Assembly: GCA_029259115.1 (NCBI GenBank)
Contig: JAPDJO010000027.1
Location: 9,454-73,453 of the forward strand
Reading direction: 5' to 3'
Source: Thermoplasmatota archaeon
Lineage (GTDB): Archaea > Thermoplasmatota > E2 > DHVEG-1 > B18-G2
Length of the DNA: 64,000 nt
Shown here: positions 20,301 through 30,083 of the stretch, piece by piece
Position numbering within the stretch: position 1 is the first letter of the stretch
Layout: each line of letters opens with the position of its first letter
The notes under the pieces: generated by a model
The model's database searches: none
Told to the model about the DNA's origin: nothing
The model's input: only the letters and a program-made list of their open reading frames with translations
Program-made: the position numbers and the translations under genes

Positions 20301-23300
20301 CATCTACAGGGAATGACGGTAGTAAAAATATTACATCCCCTGCTTGTGGAGTGAAAGTGTTTAGAGTGTCAGCAACAGATGATAATGATAACATAGCTCC
20401 TTTTGCTAATGTTAATCCAACTGTGGATATCTTTGCTCCAGGTGTTGAAATAACAACACAACTTGGAACTTATTCTGGAACGTCTATGTCGGTCGGCTTC
20501 GTAGCAGGTGCAGCAGCACTGCTCATGGAGAAAGAAAAGGGAATTTCTGTTTATGAGGTCAAGTATAGACTAAGAAGCACAGGTAAACCTATACATTATG
20601 TGTACAACTCCTCCATATCGTGTGATATTGCTAGACTGGATGTGTACAACGCTTTAATCAATAATCAAACAATGACTCCATATGACTACCACTGGTGGCA
20701 TGAAGATGTCCCGCAAGAATATGAGGTTATAGGATCCCATGCCACAGTTATATCCAGCACGACTGACATTGAAGGGGGAGGAGATGTAAATGCAGCCCCT
20801 TCTGCATCGTACTATGGCGGAGCATGCGATATCTACGCAGGTAAAAAGGTAACCACGATACAGACTGATCATACCGATATGGACGGAGCTAAAGATGTTG
20901 ATGATTGCAGGATAAGAATAGGCACATCTGATGGAAATTACTTTACGCTTCAATGGAATGTTGATAGTGATAGTTACTCTATAGTTGATGGATCTGGCTA
21001 TGTTTCGATAGATGGATGTACCGTGACAGAAACGAGTATAACTAATGGTTATCGTCTCACTTGGGAGTTTATCGTTGATTGGGATTTCCCTTTTGATGAT
21101 CAAGATTATGATGTTGCTGCATGGACTGATGATGAATCTGGAGCAAACTCTGATTATCAATGGGACGAAGCTGGAACTTATACATTTGAAAACGATCTTG
21201 AAGTTGTTTCCTTTGAGGTATCAATTGATAGCAATTATGATGAGGATCATGATGGAAAGATAGAGGATGATGAGTGGTTTGCTGGAGGGTATCAAGTAAC
21301 AGCGTCTGGAACTGTGGAATACCAAGGGTCATCGGTAAAATTTGATTCAAGTTATGCATCGTCAGTTGAAGTTCAACTATTTTATGATACAGATGGAGAT
21401 GGTGCTCCAGATGATCTTGGAGATACGTATGCTGATACCTCCATAGATAATGGTGAGTTTTCCATAACCTACACTCCTGGAACATCTCCAGCCCTTCAAC
21501 CAAATGCTCATTTTGATGTAGCAATACAGGGAATTCCTACAGGTGGTTCTGATGTTACTCAAGACAGTATAGAAATAACTTCAAAGAGAGACAATGAGGA
21601 TCCATCGTCATCTGTAGATCAAATCTCTCCGTATTGGCAGACATCGTCTCCTATAACTATTACCGCAACTGCAAGTGATGGTTCTGGAAGTGGTATTAAT
21701 AGCGTGATTTTGTATTATAGATATAGCTCTGATAACTCAACATGGGGATCTTGGCAGAGTTTTGGAACAGATACAGCTTCACCATGGGAATGGAGTTTTG
21801 ACTTTCCGAATGGAACTGGATACTATCAGTTCTATTCTATAGCTGAAGACAATGCTGGTAACGTGGAATCAGCACCAGCGAGTGCTGATGCTGAATGTTA
21901 TTACAATCCATCAACAAACACTCCACCCACTATAGGCAACGAATATCCGGCAAATGACTCCACCAGAGTATCCATCCAACCAACATGTAGAATACAAGTA
22001 AATGATTCAGACGGTGATACACTAACAGTATATTGGTATGAAAATACAACAGGTGATTGGGTTTTAAGGAATGTGAACAATAGCGTGCCAGCAAACTCTA
22101 CAGTTAGCTTTAAATTCGCTCAATTCAATGATTATGGTACAACATATTACTGGAAAGTAGCAGTCAATGATGGGACAGATAATGTTACTGCTATATATCA
22201 TTTCACAACGAATCATCTCCCATCCGTAAGCAATGTTATAATAACTGCATCTCATAACTTCACTCTAGATAACCTAATAGGTAACGGCACATACTATGAT
22301 GCTGATGGCGATCCTGAATCTGGTTCTTTATATCAATGGTGGACAAACGAATCCGGTGCATGGCAGAAAATACCAGGCGCAACCTCTAAGATATTAGATG
22401 CAAATCTTACCAAAGAAGGATGCTGGTACAAGTTTGAGTACACGCCTTGCGATGGTACCAATTACGGCAATCCTGTCAACTCTACACCCTTCCAAGTTAG
22501 ACCTCTCACAGAAACAGCAACATACTCAGGAAAATTCAATATATCTGGCAATTTAACTGTAGCAAATGGTGGTACCCTCTATCTAGGTACTTCAACATTA
22601 ACCGTGGAAAACACAGTAAAGATACTGGATGGTGGTATCTTCAATGGCGGCTCAGGAACGCATACATTTGGCTCACTTACTGTAGAGAGTGGTGGTATAT
22701 TCAATGCCACGACCGGGATAACTTATCTGAATAATAAAGACTCCAATGGCTATGTTCTTGATATCGATGGAACCATAATCAATAATTCCGGAACAGTAGA
22801 AATAGACTCCTCCGGATCTGTCTATATGGATGCAAATCCGTCATCTGGAAGTTTATTTGATCTCGTAATAAAACTAGGATCTCAAACCTCAAAAGTACTA
22901 CTTCAGGATGCATGTATAGTAGGAGGAAATTTGACTATCGATGATGGCATACTTGATACAAACAATAACATCCTAAGTGTTGAAGATAGATTGTACATAC
23001 TTTCCGGTGGCGAACTCAACTGCACCGGAGACAATGTAGATCATAAGGTTGGATCTCTTTACTTAGATACCTTTAGTTCTTTCAAAGGTTCTTCCCAAAG
23101 TAGACTTATAGTCACATCCCAATACGGTGGTCTCTCATTAAATATATTAGGAGATTTTATCTCGAATGGTGAATCTATCGAATTGAGAACCTCCGAATCG
23201 TCTCGAATAAACGTCAAATCTTCTTCTGGTGGATTGTATAATCTGATTATCAATTCGAGTTCAATCGTGGAGTGGGAAGGTAGCTTAAACATTTTGAATA

Positions 23301-25105
23301 ACCTTACCATCATATCAGGTACACTCAGACCATTTGTTGGAAGTAATGATATAACTGTTGGTAATACCGTCAATATTAATGACGGAACCCTAGGTAGTAA
23401 CTCCGCGTCTGGAATATGGACTTTCGGCTCAATTATTCAAAGTTCTGGAACAATATATGCAACTTCTAAATTCATAAACATAACCGGAAAATCGAATACT
23501 GGATATGCTGTAGATTTAGATGGGATCTTCATTAATAATTCTTGTGTAATTAGGATAAAAAGCAGTAGTGAAGCAAGTATAGATATATCTCCCTCATCTG
23601 GAAATCTCTATGATCTTGTTATAGACACTGGCAGCTATAAAATCACAAGTATCGAATCTTCCGTGATTTCTAATAACCTAAGCATATTATCCGGAACATT
23701 TGATTTGAAAAGTGATCTGGATGTTGGTAATGTTAATATAGGAACTAACTGTGTATTCAATATAACAAATGATGCAACCCTCTCAATGGATGGTACCCTA
23801 ACACTAAATGGTGATTTCAATATTATTGATGGTAATGCAACTGGCATCAATCTTGGAGGAACGCTATTTGATCTTCTCAACGCTGTGAATATCTCTATCC
23901 AAAATGTCGTAGGTGTACCCTCTGATCCGCCTAATCTCAGAAACATAGGCAAGTATGTGAATATAACAAGTTGCGGGTCATCTTCAATTGTGGATATCAA
24001 TATAACTTACAGCGACTTAGACCTGGGTACAGTAGATGAGAGCAGTTTAAGAATGTATGAATACAACTCTTCAACATCTACTTGGTCAATTGCTCCAAAT
24101 ACTGGAGTGAATGTCTCTACTAATCATGTCTGGGCTATTGGTGTAACCAACTTCAGTGTATATGCTCCTTTAGGGGAAACTCAAAACAATCCACCCACCA
24201 TTAATAGCATAGATCTAAGAAATGATACAGGATCCAAGTTGAATAGCGACCAGATGATAGATGTAAATAAAGAGTATTACTTCTTGATAAATGTTACAGA
24301 TCCTGATGGATGGCAAGATGTAGAATACATCAACATAACAGCATGGTATGATAACGGAAATGAAAGTAGTTATTATAATCAGACGCTTGGCGGGAATTTG
24401 AATATGTTCTTACAGTACAAAAACACGACAGGAACTGCGGAGTATAGGTTAATTTGGCCAAAGGATGAGGTTGAATTGATTGTAGCAAATTGTAGCGAAA
24501 CAATAATCAATTCGACTACGAGAGAGATAAAGATTGCATTTAAGCCAAAGTCCCAGTTCAGATATGCGCCAGGCGACGGCACATGGAACTCAACTGTAAA
24601 TGCAACCGATGATCCATACTCCTGGAATGTGAATGTATCTGTAGAAGACAACAGTAGCGCAGGATCTTGGGAAAAGAGTGAGTTCGGAGTTTATAGATAC
24701 GTAAATATAGAAGTCCCATCGAACTGGATAGGTGTCTCTGCCCTACCAGGCCATTACGATGATTCTAACGTCGTTACAATAACGTTTTCATCAAACTACG
24801 ATTATAAATTATCGATATGGTTCTCTACAAATCTCGTAAATCAATCAACAGGATCTGTGATTCCAATAGCAAATAACGTTTATGCCCTAGCGAATGCAGA
24901 TCCCAATGATGACATAACAACAGATACAGTGTTCTCTGGAACTGGGGAGGGTAATGCTGTTGAGATAATAAATGCATCTGGAACATTCAATCCAAATGGA
25001 ACCTATCAGACTGTAAACGTTCAATTCAGGGTTTACATTCCATTCGGCACCTTATCTGGAGAGTACAGAGCAAATACCCACGCTAAAATAGAACAAAAGA
25101 CTTAA
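17372..25105 (+). CDS. 2577-aa secreted multidomain protein: N/S-rich stalk, helical QNEDGGF domain, S8 subtilase, Ig-like modules, beta-helix region, C-terminal pilin-like module
   Basis: S8 triad ILDTG/HGT/GTSM and GNDG. C-terminal ~300 aa homologous to the 25152 and 26228 proteins. Exact start uncertain. Confidence 0.8.
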   Translation: MGGMHKNRSSVRIHSRVHQVRIFYTKKGKLRKDKRGTSKILTILSLIIIVASSIFTPILVAEQAGVFRNDTNSTVANSDFNDETLKKINGSQVPGKDSLCGNATEKNQISSEDSSVESNTADRPDNGSADGNAYPSDSQQINNTSNINATGGKNSSAEENRDRNETDITIFNTSINTDGLILGRVESQSSDENKSIETFSNYSCSTNNQSDNQTYGNRYDETNQSNMGKDSMFSNLTVVNATDVYNYLFANSSDRNGTVCTNHIHDISIHTNVSTNGSACPQNKTNISLDNISFVGNFSSRNEDSDENATEDLYRAESSEDLLTSQNVSYSDGKENPSYRENETINVASCSEKEKILQKVNESLSEGKPVFLIFLDDNTNPYSNLENKYGDKITFLRVKIDDAVRFCFNLSSSPMLFLIKNRNESGYLYLEINPEIEIEKLDSILYFAANNIFTPTSYGTWYRDKRIYHRIYHNIDPEFQHFDVRKVIQPAINKAWKYLDPYEYIGTKKMDATMFSAFKVLYSNFRKDPKILKAYKERVFDGKKRIADRYLFQLNFFFNLNLSEDRFARKVIESDFLQSGMLTINELILRAFYSDEVPYTDEMFSWVLNNFSKRGGYDLTHSIMVYAILRERGGYDAEKIEQALDELCELVVEEQEEDHSRGSITDFDLYAERVGFLIIANRCDLIKEEWIEKIISFQNEDGGFPLGKYGEESHAHSTYVALLALMGYKKYVLEHREFDFSFTKPIPVKKPYIDSRFSTKFLEELDKKGKVKSLIKLKESVIPPWMVDVFGKNITVIDTSRGKYAVVEITKDILDLLRSREDISKVLLDERIGCSLSEALPLIEYDKASSQFNYSGRGIRICILDTGLNKAYVDFSQGYDFVNDDPYPEDNNGHGTQIALIIKSMAPNTTIIPIKVLSDDGKGYVSTALEGLEYAISLHPDIIVMAFGGGSYSGFCNDDPLANLSNYAVEQGIFVIASTGNDGSKNITSPACGVKVFRVSATDDNDNIAPFANVNPTVDIFAPGVEITTQLGTYSGTSMSVGFVAGAAALLMEKEKGISVYEVKYRLRSTGKPIHYVYNSSISCDIARLDVYNALINNQTMTPYDYHWWHEDVPQEYEVIGSHATVISSTTDIEGGGDVNAAPSASYYGGACDIYAGKKVTTIQTDHTDMDGAKDVDDCRIRIGTSDGNYFTLQWNVDSDSYSIVDGSGYVSIDGCTVTETSITNGYRLTWEFIVDWDFPFDDQDYDVAAWTDDESGANSDYQWDEAGTYTFENDLEVVSFEVSIDSNYDEDHDGKIEDDEWFAGGYQVTASGTVEYQGSSVKFDSSYASSVEVQLFYDTDGDGAPDDLGDTYADTSIDNGEFSITYTPGTSPALQPNAHFDVAIQGIPTGGSDVTQDSIEITSKRDNEDPSSSVDQISPYWQTSSPITITATASDGSGSGINSVILYYRYSSDNSTWGSWQSFGTDTASPWEWSFDFPNGTGYYQFYSIAEDNAGNVESAPASADAECYYNPSTNTPPTIGNEYPANDSTRVSIQPTCRIQVNDSDGDTLTVYWYENTTGDWVLRNVNNSVPANSTVSFKFAQFNDYGTTYYWKVAVNDGTDNVTAIYHFTTNHLPSVSNVIITASHNFTLDNLIGNGTYYDADGDPESGSLYQWWTNESGAWQKIPGATSKILDANLTKEGCWYKFEYTPCDGTNYGNPVNSTPFQVRPLTETATYSGKFNISGNLTVANGGTLYLGTSTLTVENTVKILDGGIFNGGSGTHTFGSLTVESGGIFNATTGITYLNNKDSNGYVLDIDGTIINNSGTVEIDSSGSVYMDANPSSGSLFDLVIKLGSQTSKVLLQDACIVGGNLTIDDGILDTNNNILSVEDRLYILSGGELNCTGDNVDHKVGSLYLDTFSSFKGSSQSRLIVTSQYGGLSLNILGDFISNGESIELRTSESSRINVKSSSGGLYNLIINSSSIVEWEGSLNILNNLTIISGTLRPFVGSNDITVGNTVNINDGTLGSNSASGIWTFGSIIQSSGTIYATSKFINITGKSNTGYAVDLDGIFINNSCVIRIKSSSEASIDISPSSGNLYDLVIDTGSYKITSIESSVISNNLSILSGTFDLKSDLDVGNVNIGTNCVFNITNDATLSMDGTLTLNGDFNIIDGNATGINLGGTLFDLLNAVNISIQNVVGVPSDPPNLRNIGKYVNITSCGSSSIVDINITYSDLDLGTVDESSLRMYEYNSSTSTWSIAPNTGVNVSTNHVWAIGVTNFSVYAPLGETQNNPPTINSIDLRNDTGSKLNSDQMIDVNKEYYFLINVTDPDGWQDVEYINITAWYDNGNESSYYNQTLGGNLNMFLQYKNTTGTAEYRLIWPKDEVELIVANCSETIINSTTREIKIAFKPKSQFRYAPGDGTWNSTVNATDDPYSWNVNVSVEDNSSAGSWEKSEFGVYRYVNIEVPSNWIGVSALPGHYDDSNVVTITFSSNYDYKLSIWFSTNLVNQSTGSVIPIANNVYALANADPNDDITTDTVFSGTGEGNAVEIINASGTFNPNGTYQTVNVQFRVYIPFGTLSGEYRANTHAKIEQKT

Positions 25106-25151
25106 ATATGAAAGTTAAGTTTAATGTAGCTCGGCACTAGGAGGGGATGAA

Positions 25152-26213
25152 GTGAAGAAAAAAATTGCACTCATAGCTATAGCAATATTAATCATAGCTA
25201 CAACATTTGTCGGTACTCCTTTTGTGAAAATCGTTTTTGGAGATATTGGAAACATATCAGAGGTTTGGCACAATACCAGCACGCTAACCATAGAGGTCTA
25301 CCATGCGCCAGCGGTGATAAATTGGTATGATCTGCAAAACTCTACGGGAGTATCTCAGCTAAACAAACAGATAGATGTTGATCAAGCTTATTGCTTCATT
25401 ATAAATGTAACATGTCCAAACAATTGGACCGAGATTGAGTATATCAACATAACCGCATGGTATGATCAGGGGAATGAGAGTAGCTATTACAATGAGACTC
25501 CTGGAGGGAATCTCAATCTGTTTTTACAATACAAGAACATAACAGTAGGCGGAACCGGAGGGACAGCAGAGTATAACATGTTATGGCCAACTGGCGGAGA
25601 GGTGATTAAAGGCAGTATGGAGGAAGAGGTTATCAACGAATCCTGCCATAACATAACATTATGGTTCACTCCAAAGTATCAATTCAGGTATGCGCCAGGC
25701 GATGGTTTGTGGGATAGCACAAGAAATGCGACGAATGATCTGAAATCATGGAATTTCAAGATAGAGGTTGTCACAGAAGGAGGAAATACTACCTGGGTTA
25801 TGGATGAGTTTGGGGTTTATCATTACTGTTCAATAGTTAGCGTTGGTAATCCAACAGCTGCTGGCTTACCTGGGCATAATGCAACCGCAGATCCTATAAC
25901 TTTAATACATAGAGCAAATGCAAACTTTTCGTTATCTGTGGATATAGACGATCTTCAAGAGACGAATGGATATGACACGATTCCAGAGACAGCATGTGGT
26001 TTGAAAGGTGGAGACAAAACATCGGCAAGCAACTTCGATGGCACTAATCCAATATATATCTATGGAAGTGCATCCACATACCACAATCATGATGTAAGTG
26101 GAACCGAACATACTACAAGTGACATAATATTCCACTGTAACATTCCATATGGTACGTTGGCTGGAGTTTATGAGACTAATGTTTACTATCATCTTGTGTT
26201 AGATCCTTCCTAA
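25152..26213 (+). CDS. secreted putative filament subunit A (353 aa)
   Basis: GGAGGGG SD, signal peptide, no C-terminal anchor. YINITAWYD, GGNLNLFLQYKN, APGDG.W, EFGVY and IPYGTLAGVY shared with neighbours. Confidence 0.65.
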   Translation: MKKKIALIAIAILIIATTFVGTPFVKIVFGDIGNISEVWHNTSTLTIEVYHAPAVINWYDLQNSTGVSQLNKQIDVDQAYCFIINVTCPNNWTEIEYINITAWYDQGNESSYYNETPGGNLNLFLQYKNITVGGTGGTAEYNMLWPTGGEVIKGSMEEEVINESCHNITLWFTPKYQFRYAPGDGLWDSTRNATNDLKSWNFKIEVVTEGGNTTWVMDEFGVYHYCSIVSVGNPTAAGLPGHNATADPITLIHRANANFSLSVDIDDLQETNGYDTIPETACGLKGGDKTSASNFDGTNPIYIYGSASTYHNHDVSGTEHTTSDIIFHCNIPYGTLAGVYETNVYYHLVLDPS

Positions 26214-26227
26214 AAAGGTGAGATAAA

Positions 26228-27286
26228 ATGAGAAGGTATGTGTTGGTATGGTTCTTGGCGCTTTTGGTCGTCTCTGCTGTTAGTGCTATAACAGAAAAAG
26301 ATTTTATAATAATCAGTGCAAATCCTGGACATATAGATGTTGCTTACGAAAATGATACCTACCTCAATGTAACCGTAATTGCTGGTCCAGCAACTATAAA
26401 CTCCTATGATTTGCAGGTAGCATCTACTGGAGTGTCAAAAAAGAATGATATGATCGATGTTGGAACAGAGTACAAGTTTGTTGTAAACGTAACATGTCCG
26501 AACACTTGGCAGGAAATTGATTATATCAATATAACGGCATGGTATGATCAGGGAGATGAAAACAGCGTTTACAATGGAACCGCTGGTGGCAATCTTAACA
26601 TGTTTCTGCAGTACAAAAACACGACAGGAACTGCAGAGTACAACATGTTATGGCCAACTGGCGGAGAGGTAACGAAAGGAACAATGACTGAAACTGTAAT
26701 AAACGAAACAACCCATGTCGTGGAACTTAGATTCACTCCTCAACATCAGTTCAGGAGTGCGCCTGGCGATGGTTTGTGGAGCAACGCAGCGAATACAACA
26801 GATGACTTAAGATCCTGGAATTTCAAAATAGAAGTGACTACGAGTTCTGGAAATATTACATGGGTTAAAGATGAATTTGGAGTTTACAGATACTGTGAGT
26901 TGTCTGTATCCTCAAGTGTGACAGCATCTGCTTTACCAGGGCATAGAGCGAGTACTCAACTGGGTGCCTTAACTATAACATACAAAGTGAATGCCCCTTA
27001 CAAATTGAATGTCACTACAAATGAAACTTTGCAGAGGGTTGGAGGAGGAGATTCGATAAGCAGAGACTTTATAAATGTTACAGGTGGAGACATAGTTGGG
27101 GAAGACAGTCTAAATGATGGCGTAGCATACATAAAAGGTAATGCAAGCAGTTATCATGCAATTCATGCAAGTGGAACTCAAGAAAGCATAAATGATGTGC
27201 AATATCATTGTGACATTCCATTCGGTACACTATCTGGAGTGTACTCATCAAGACTCTATTATACATTATCTCTGGATACAAGCTAA
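26228..27286 (+). CDS. secreted putative filament subunit B (352 aa), paralog of A
   Basis: AGGTGA SD, signal peptide, same motifs, ends IPFGTLSGVYSSRLYYTLSLD. Confidence 0.65.
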   Translation: MRRYVLVWFLALLVVSAVSAITEKDFIIISANPGHIDVAYENDTYLNVTVIAGPATINSYDLQVASTGVSKKNDMIDVGTEYKFVVNVTCPNTWQEIDYINITAWYDQGDENSVYNGTAGGNLNMFLQYKNTTGTAEYNMLWPTGGEVTKGTMTETVINETTHVVELRFTPQHQFRSAPGDGLWSNAANTTDDLRSWNFKIEVTTSSGNITWVKDEFGVYRYCELSVSSSVTASALPGHRASTQLGALTITYKVNAPYKLNVTTNETLQRVGGGDSISRDFINVTGGDIVGEDSLNDGVAYIKGNASSYHAIHASGTQESINDVQYHCDIPFGTLSGVYSSRLYYTLSLDTS

Positions 27287-27334
27287 AAATAAAATGGAAA
27301 ATTTTATACAATAATACACAATAACGTAGAAACG

Positions 27335-28672
27335 GTGGTGAGGATCAGAGTAAACAAGAAAGTAGTGATAGTGATACCTGTTTTTATTTTGTGGCTTTTA
27401 ACTTTATTACCTCTATACTCTCTTGCAGAAAATGGAGTGGACGTTACGATCAGTATCTTAAAAAACAAAGAATTAGAAAAATATGGAAGGAAAGTTTTTG
27501 TAACAGGCGTCTGGAACTGGATAAACATCAGCTTTGATAAAAATGTCAGCAGAGTTAATATAACTCTATATAAAGGCGATAATCTTCCTTTAACAAAAAA
27601 TGAAGAAAATTTCTATGCATGGTCTTATGATGGTGACTGGAAAGCTATTACTGCTTATGATGGAAATGAGTATATAGATAAAGGGAACAGCAAAAAGATA
27701 GGAAATGAAATCTGTTTCAGGGTTTCAACAGAAAATATCGTAGAAGATGATTTCGAGAATTGGACTTTATCTATTAAATACGATGAGAACGAAATAACCA
27801 TCCCAATAATACTAGAGAAACCTCTAAGATCTCTCGCGGTAACAGGAGGCATAACTGTAAATGTCGAGCCTTTCCAGACTGTGACTGCATATGGTGATCA
27901 TTATTTCACAACCATAAACAATGGAAATCTTCCCATGATCATAAATGTAAGTTACGACAAACTAAATGATAGGATAGTAACATCCAATACAGATACGATA
28001 TTATGCCCGGGTGACAGTTTAAAACATAGCGTGGAAATAAAGACACAAGCATGGAAACCAGGCATAATAACGATTGGTGGAACTGTAACAGGGGTAGTTC
28101 CAGATGATATAATACCAACATTCATTACATCTCAGCCCACGATCCAACTCAATACTGCCTTTATGCTCTCTCCAGGATCTCTCATAAAAATAATAGTAGG
28201 TCACAGCACTTACGAGTTAGAAGAGATAGAAGGAGGAAATCTAACTTTTCAATATAAAAAAGAGGTGGAGATACATCGCGATGAAGAGAGAAACGTGACC
28301 TCATTCCTCTGTGGAGGAGGAAATGTTACCCTCTCTATACATGTTCAAAACCTTAGTATTGTAGGTGTGTGGCTTGATGGGGATAAAATATCAAATTATG
28401 AAAATATAACAATTCAGCTGAATCCTTTACAGGAGAATCAGATTGATGTTAGAATAAAAGCTTTACCAGAGGTAGAGGCTGGTAAAATCATTTACAAACT
28501 AACTACTGAGGACAGGGAATACAGTTACGAGACGACAATCAAGATAAAGGAACCAGAAGAAAATCCAGTAATAGAAAAAAGAGAGGACATTCTGCCAAAG
28601 ATCCTTGTTGGATTAGGGATTATCTTTGCGATATCATACATTGCTGTAACGTATATTAGAGGGAGAAAATGA
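27335..28672 (+). CDS. membrane-anchored multi-Ig protein, putative assembly chaperone
   Basis: Signal peptide. TINNGNLPM...LCPGDS...GTVTG Ig/PapD-like pattern. C-terminal TM with basic tail. Confidence 0.5.
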   Translation: MVRIRVNKKVVIVIPVFILWLLTLLPLYSLAENGVDVTISILKNKELEKYGRKVFVTGVWNWINISFDKNVSRVNITLYKGDNLPLTKNEENFYAWSYDGDWKAITAYDGNEYIDKGNSKKIGNEICFRVSTENIVEDDFENWTLSIKYDENEITIPIILEKPLRSLAVTGGITVNVEPFQTVTAYGDHYFTTINNGNLPMIINVSYDKLNDRIVTSNTDTILCPGDSLKHSVEIKTQAWKPGIITIGGTVTGVVPDDIIPTFITSQPTIQLNTAFMLSPGSLIKIIVGHSTYELEEIEGGNLTFQYKKEVEIHRDEERNVTSFLCGGGNVTLSIHVQNLSIVGVWLDGDKISNYENITIQLNPLQENQIDVRIKALPEVEAGKIIYKLTTEDREYSYETTIKIKEPEENPVIEKREDILPKILVGLGIIFAISYIAVTYIRGRK

Positions 28673-29307
28673 AAAGGGGATTCCTCATAGTTACTTTCAT
28701 CGTATCTCTCCTTCTGATAAATACTGCCAAAGCAAGTAAGGCAGGCGTTGGTGTCATTAATGTAACACCAACGTACAAATCAATAATTCTTTCAAATGGA
28801 GAAAACGCTGTAGAGGTTAAACTCTCCATCTCAGACTATAACTCTTGGAAGGATATATACAAAGTTGAGATTTTAGCAGAGAGTGGAAACAAAGAGTGTG
28901 CCCATTTTGTTTTTATGCACTACGAAAGTAAGGATTCTTTCAACGAAATTAATTTGTTCAAAGAAATTGAAGGAAATGATTATCTAATACCTGAGTTGTG
29001 TGACGTGAAAAGGTCTCTTGTAGAAAAAACCATAGATGATAGATGTTTGATAAACGTAACCTTTGTATTTAAGCCTATACCCTATTGTACAAAACTATAC
29101 ATAATAGCCTATGATAGAGAGGATGAGAAAGCTACATTAAATATTCAATACGATTTTTATCAGGATCAAAGGAATGAAGAAATAATTGTTCCCTTCTGGT
29201 CTGGTGAACCAGTGAAAATATCTCCTGATTTACCAAATGCATTTGCTGGCTCTCTTTCCTTGACTTTTGCTGCCTTCATACTATTTAAAAGGAGGGGTAG
29301 AAGGTGA
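28669..29307 (+). CDS. membrane-anchored protein with a single subunit-like N-domain, putative filament base
   Basis: Signal peptide, VINVTPTYKSI...ISDYNSWKDIYKVEI (compare VTDPDGWQDVEYINI), NVTFVFKP. C-terminal TM then KRRGRR. Confidence 0.5.
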   Translation: MKRGFLIVTFIVSLLLINTAKASKAGVGVINVTPTYKSIILSNGENAVEVKLSISDYNSWKDIYKVEILAESGNKECAHFVFMHYESKDSFNEINLFKEIEGNDYLIPELCDVKRSLVEKTIDDRCLINVTFVFKPIPYCTKLYIIAYDREDEKATLNIQYDFYQDQRNEEIIVPFWSGEPVKISPDLPNAFAGSLSLTFAAFILFKRRGRR

Positions 29308-30044
29308 AGGGTAAAGAAATGCTAGCAGATTTGCCCAAGCTTTTCTTGATTTTTCTAACCAGTTTTGTGACGATAAAGACCGTATTTATAATATTCTTTA
29401 ACACGCCATATGATCCTCCTTTCATACTTCATTTATCTCCACTACATATATTAGATTCCGTCACAAATCTTCAACTTCTTCTAGTATCTCTCTTCCTGAC
29501 GGTCGTCAATTTATATCTTCATATCAAGGAAGATGATAGAAGTAGAGTTTATTCTATAGCGATTACGTTTCTGATGGTGCTGGGTGTCTCTATCTCGGTA
29601 GCCTATAGCAAAGTTGGCATGGAAATGGCCGTCGAATACATTATATTCCTCCTTTTGCTTGTTCTACTGGTATCGGATGTAAAGCCATTTATAGCAAAGC
29701 AAAGGATGATACCTCATCCAACTCTATCGAGAGATTTCTCCAAATCAGGTAGAAGAAAAGATGTTTCCGGTCATAACCTAAAATCGAGTTACTACCGAGT
29801 TTCGAGTGATCTGGTACTGATAGATGATATGGATAAAGAACATATAGAGATTCTTAACGACATCGGAATAAGGAGTGTCGATGATCTGGCAAATTTGGAT
29901 GCATCGAAACTAGTGAAAGACTTCAGAAATTATATACAAGAACTGGAAAATGCAGTTTCTAATCTGACAGAAGATAAGATAGAGGGTTGGATAGAAACTG
30001 CAAAAAGTTTAATAAATGAAAGAGATAGATTCCGAAATGCTTAA
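29304..30044 (+). CDS. 4-TM membrane protein with C-terminal DUF4332-like helix-hairpin-helix domain
   Basis: DLVLIDDM...ILNDIGIRSVDDLA...IEGWIETAK. Confidence 0.65.
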   Translation: MKGKEMLADLPKLFLIFLTSFVTIKTVFIIFFNTPYDPPFILHLSPLHILDSVTNLQLLLVSLFLTVVNLYLHIKEDDRSRVYSIAITFLMVLGVSISVAYSKVGMEMAVEYIIFLLLLVLLVSDVKPFIAKQRMIPHPTLSRDFSKSGRRKDVSGHNLKSSYYRVSSDLVLIDDMDKEHIEILNDIGIRSVDDLANLDASKLVKDFRNYIQELENAVSNLTEDKIEGWIETAKSLINERDRFRNA

Positions 30045-30083
30045 ATATAATTTAAATTTAACTCAAGAAATAAAAATATAGGG

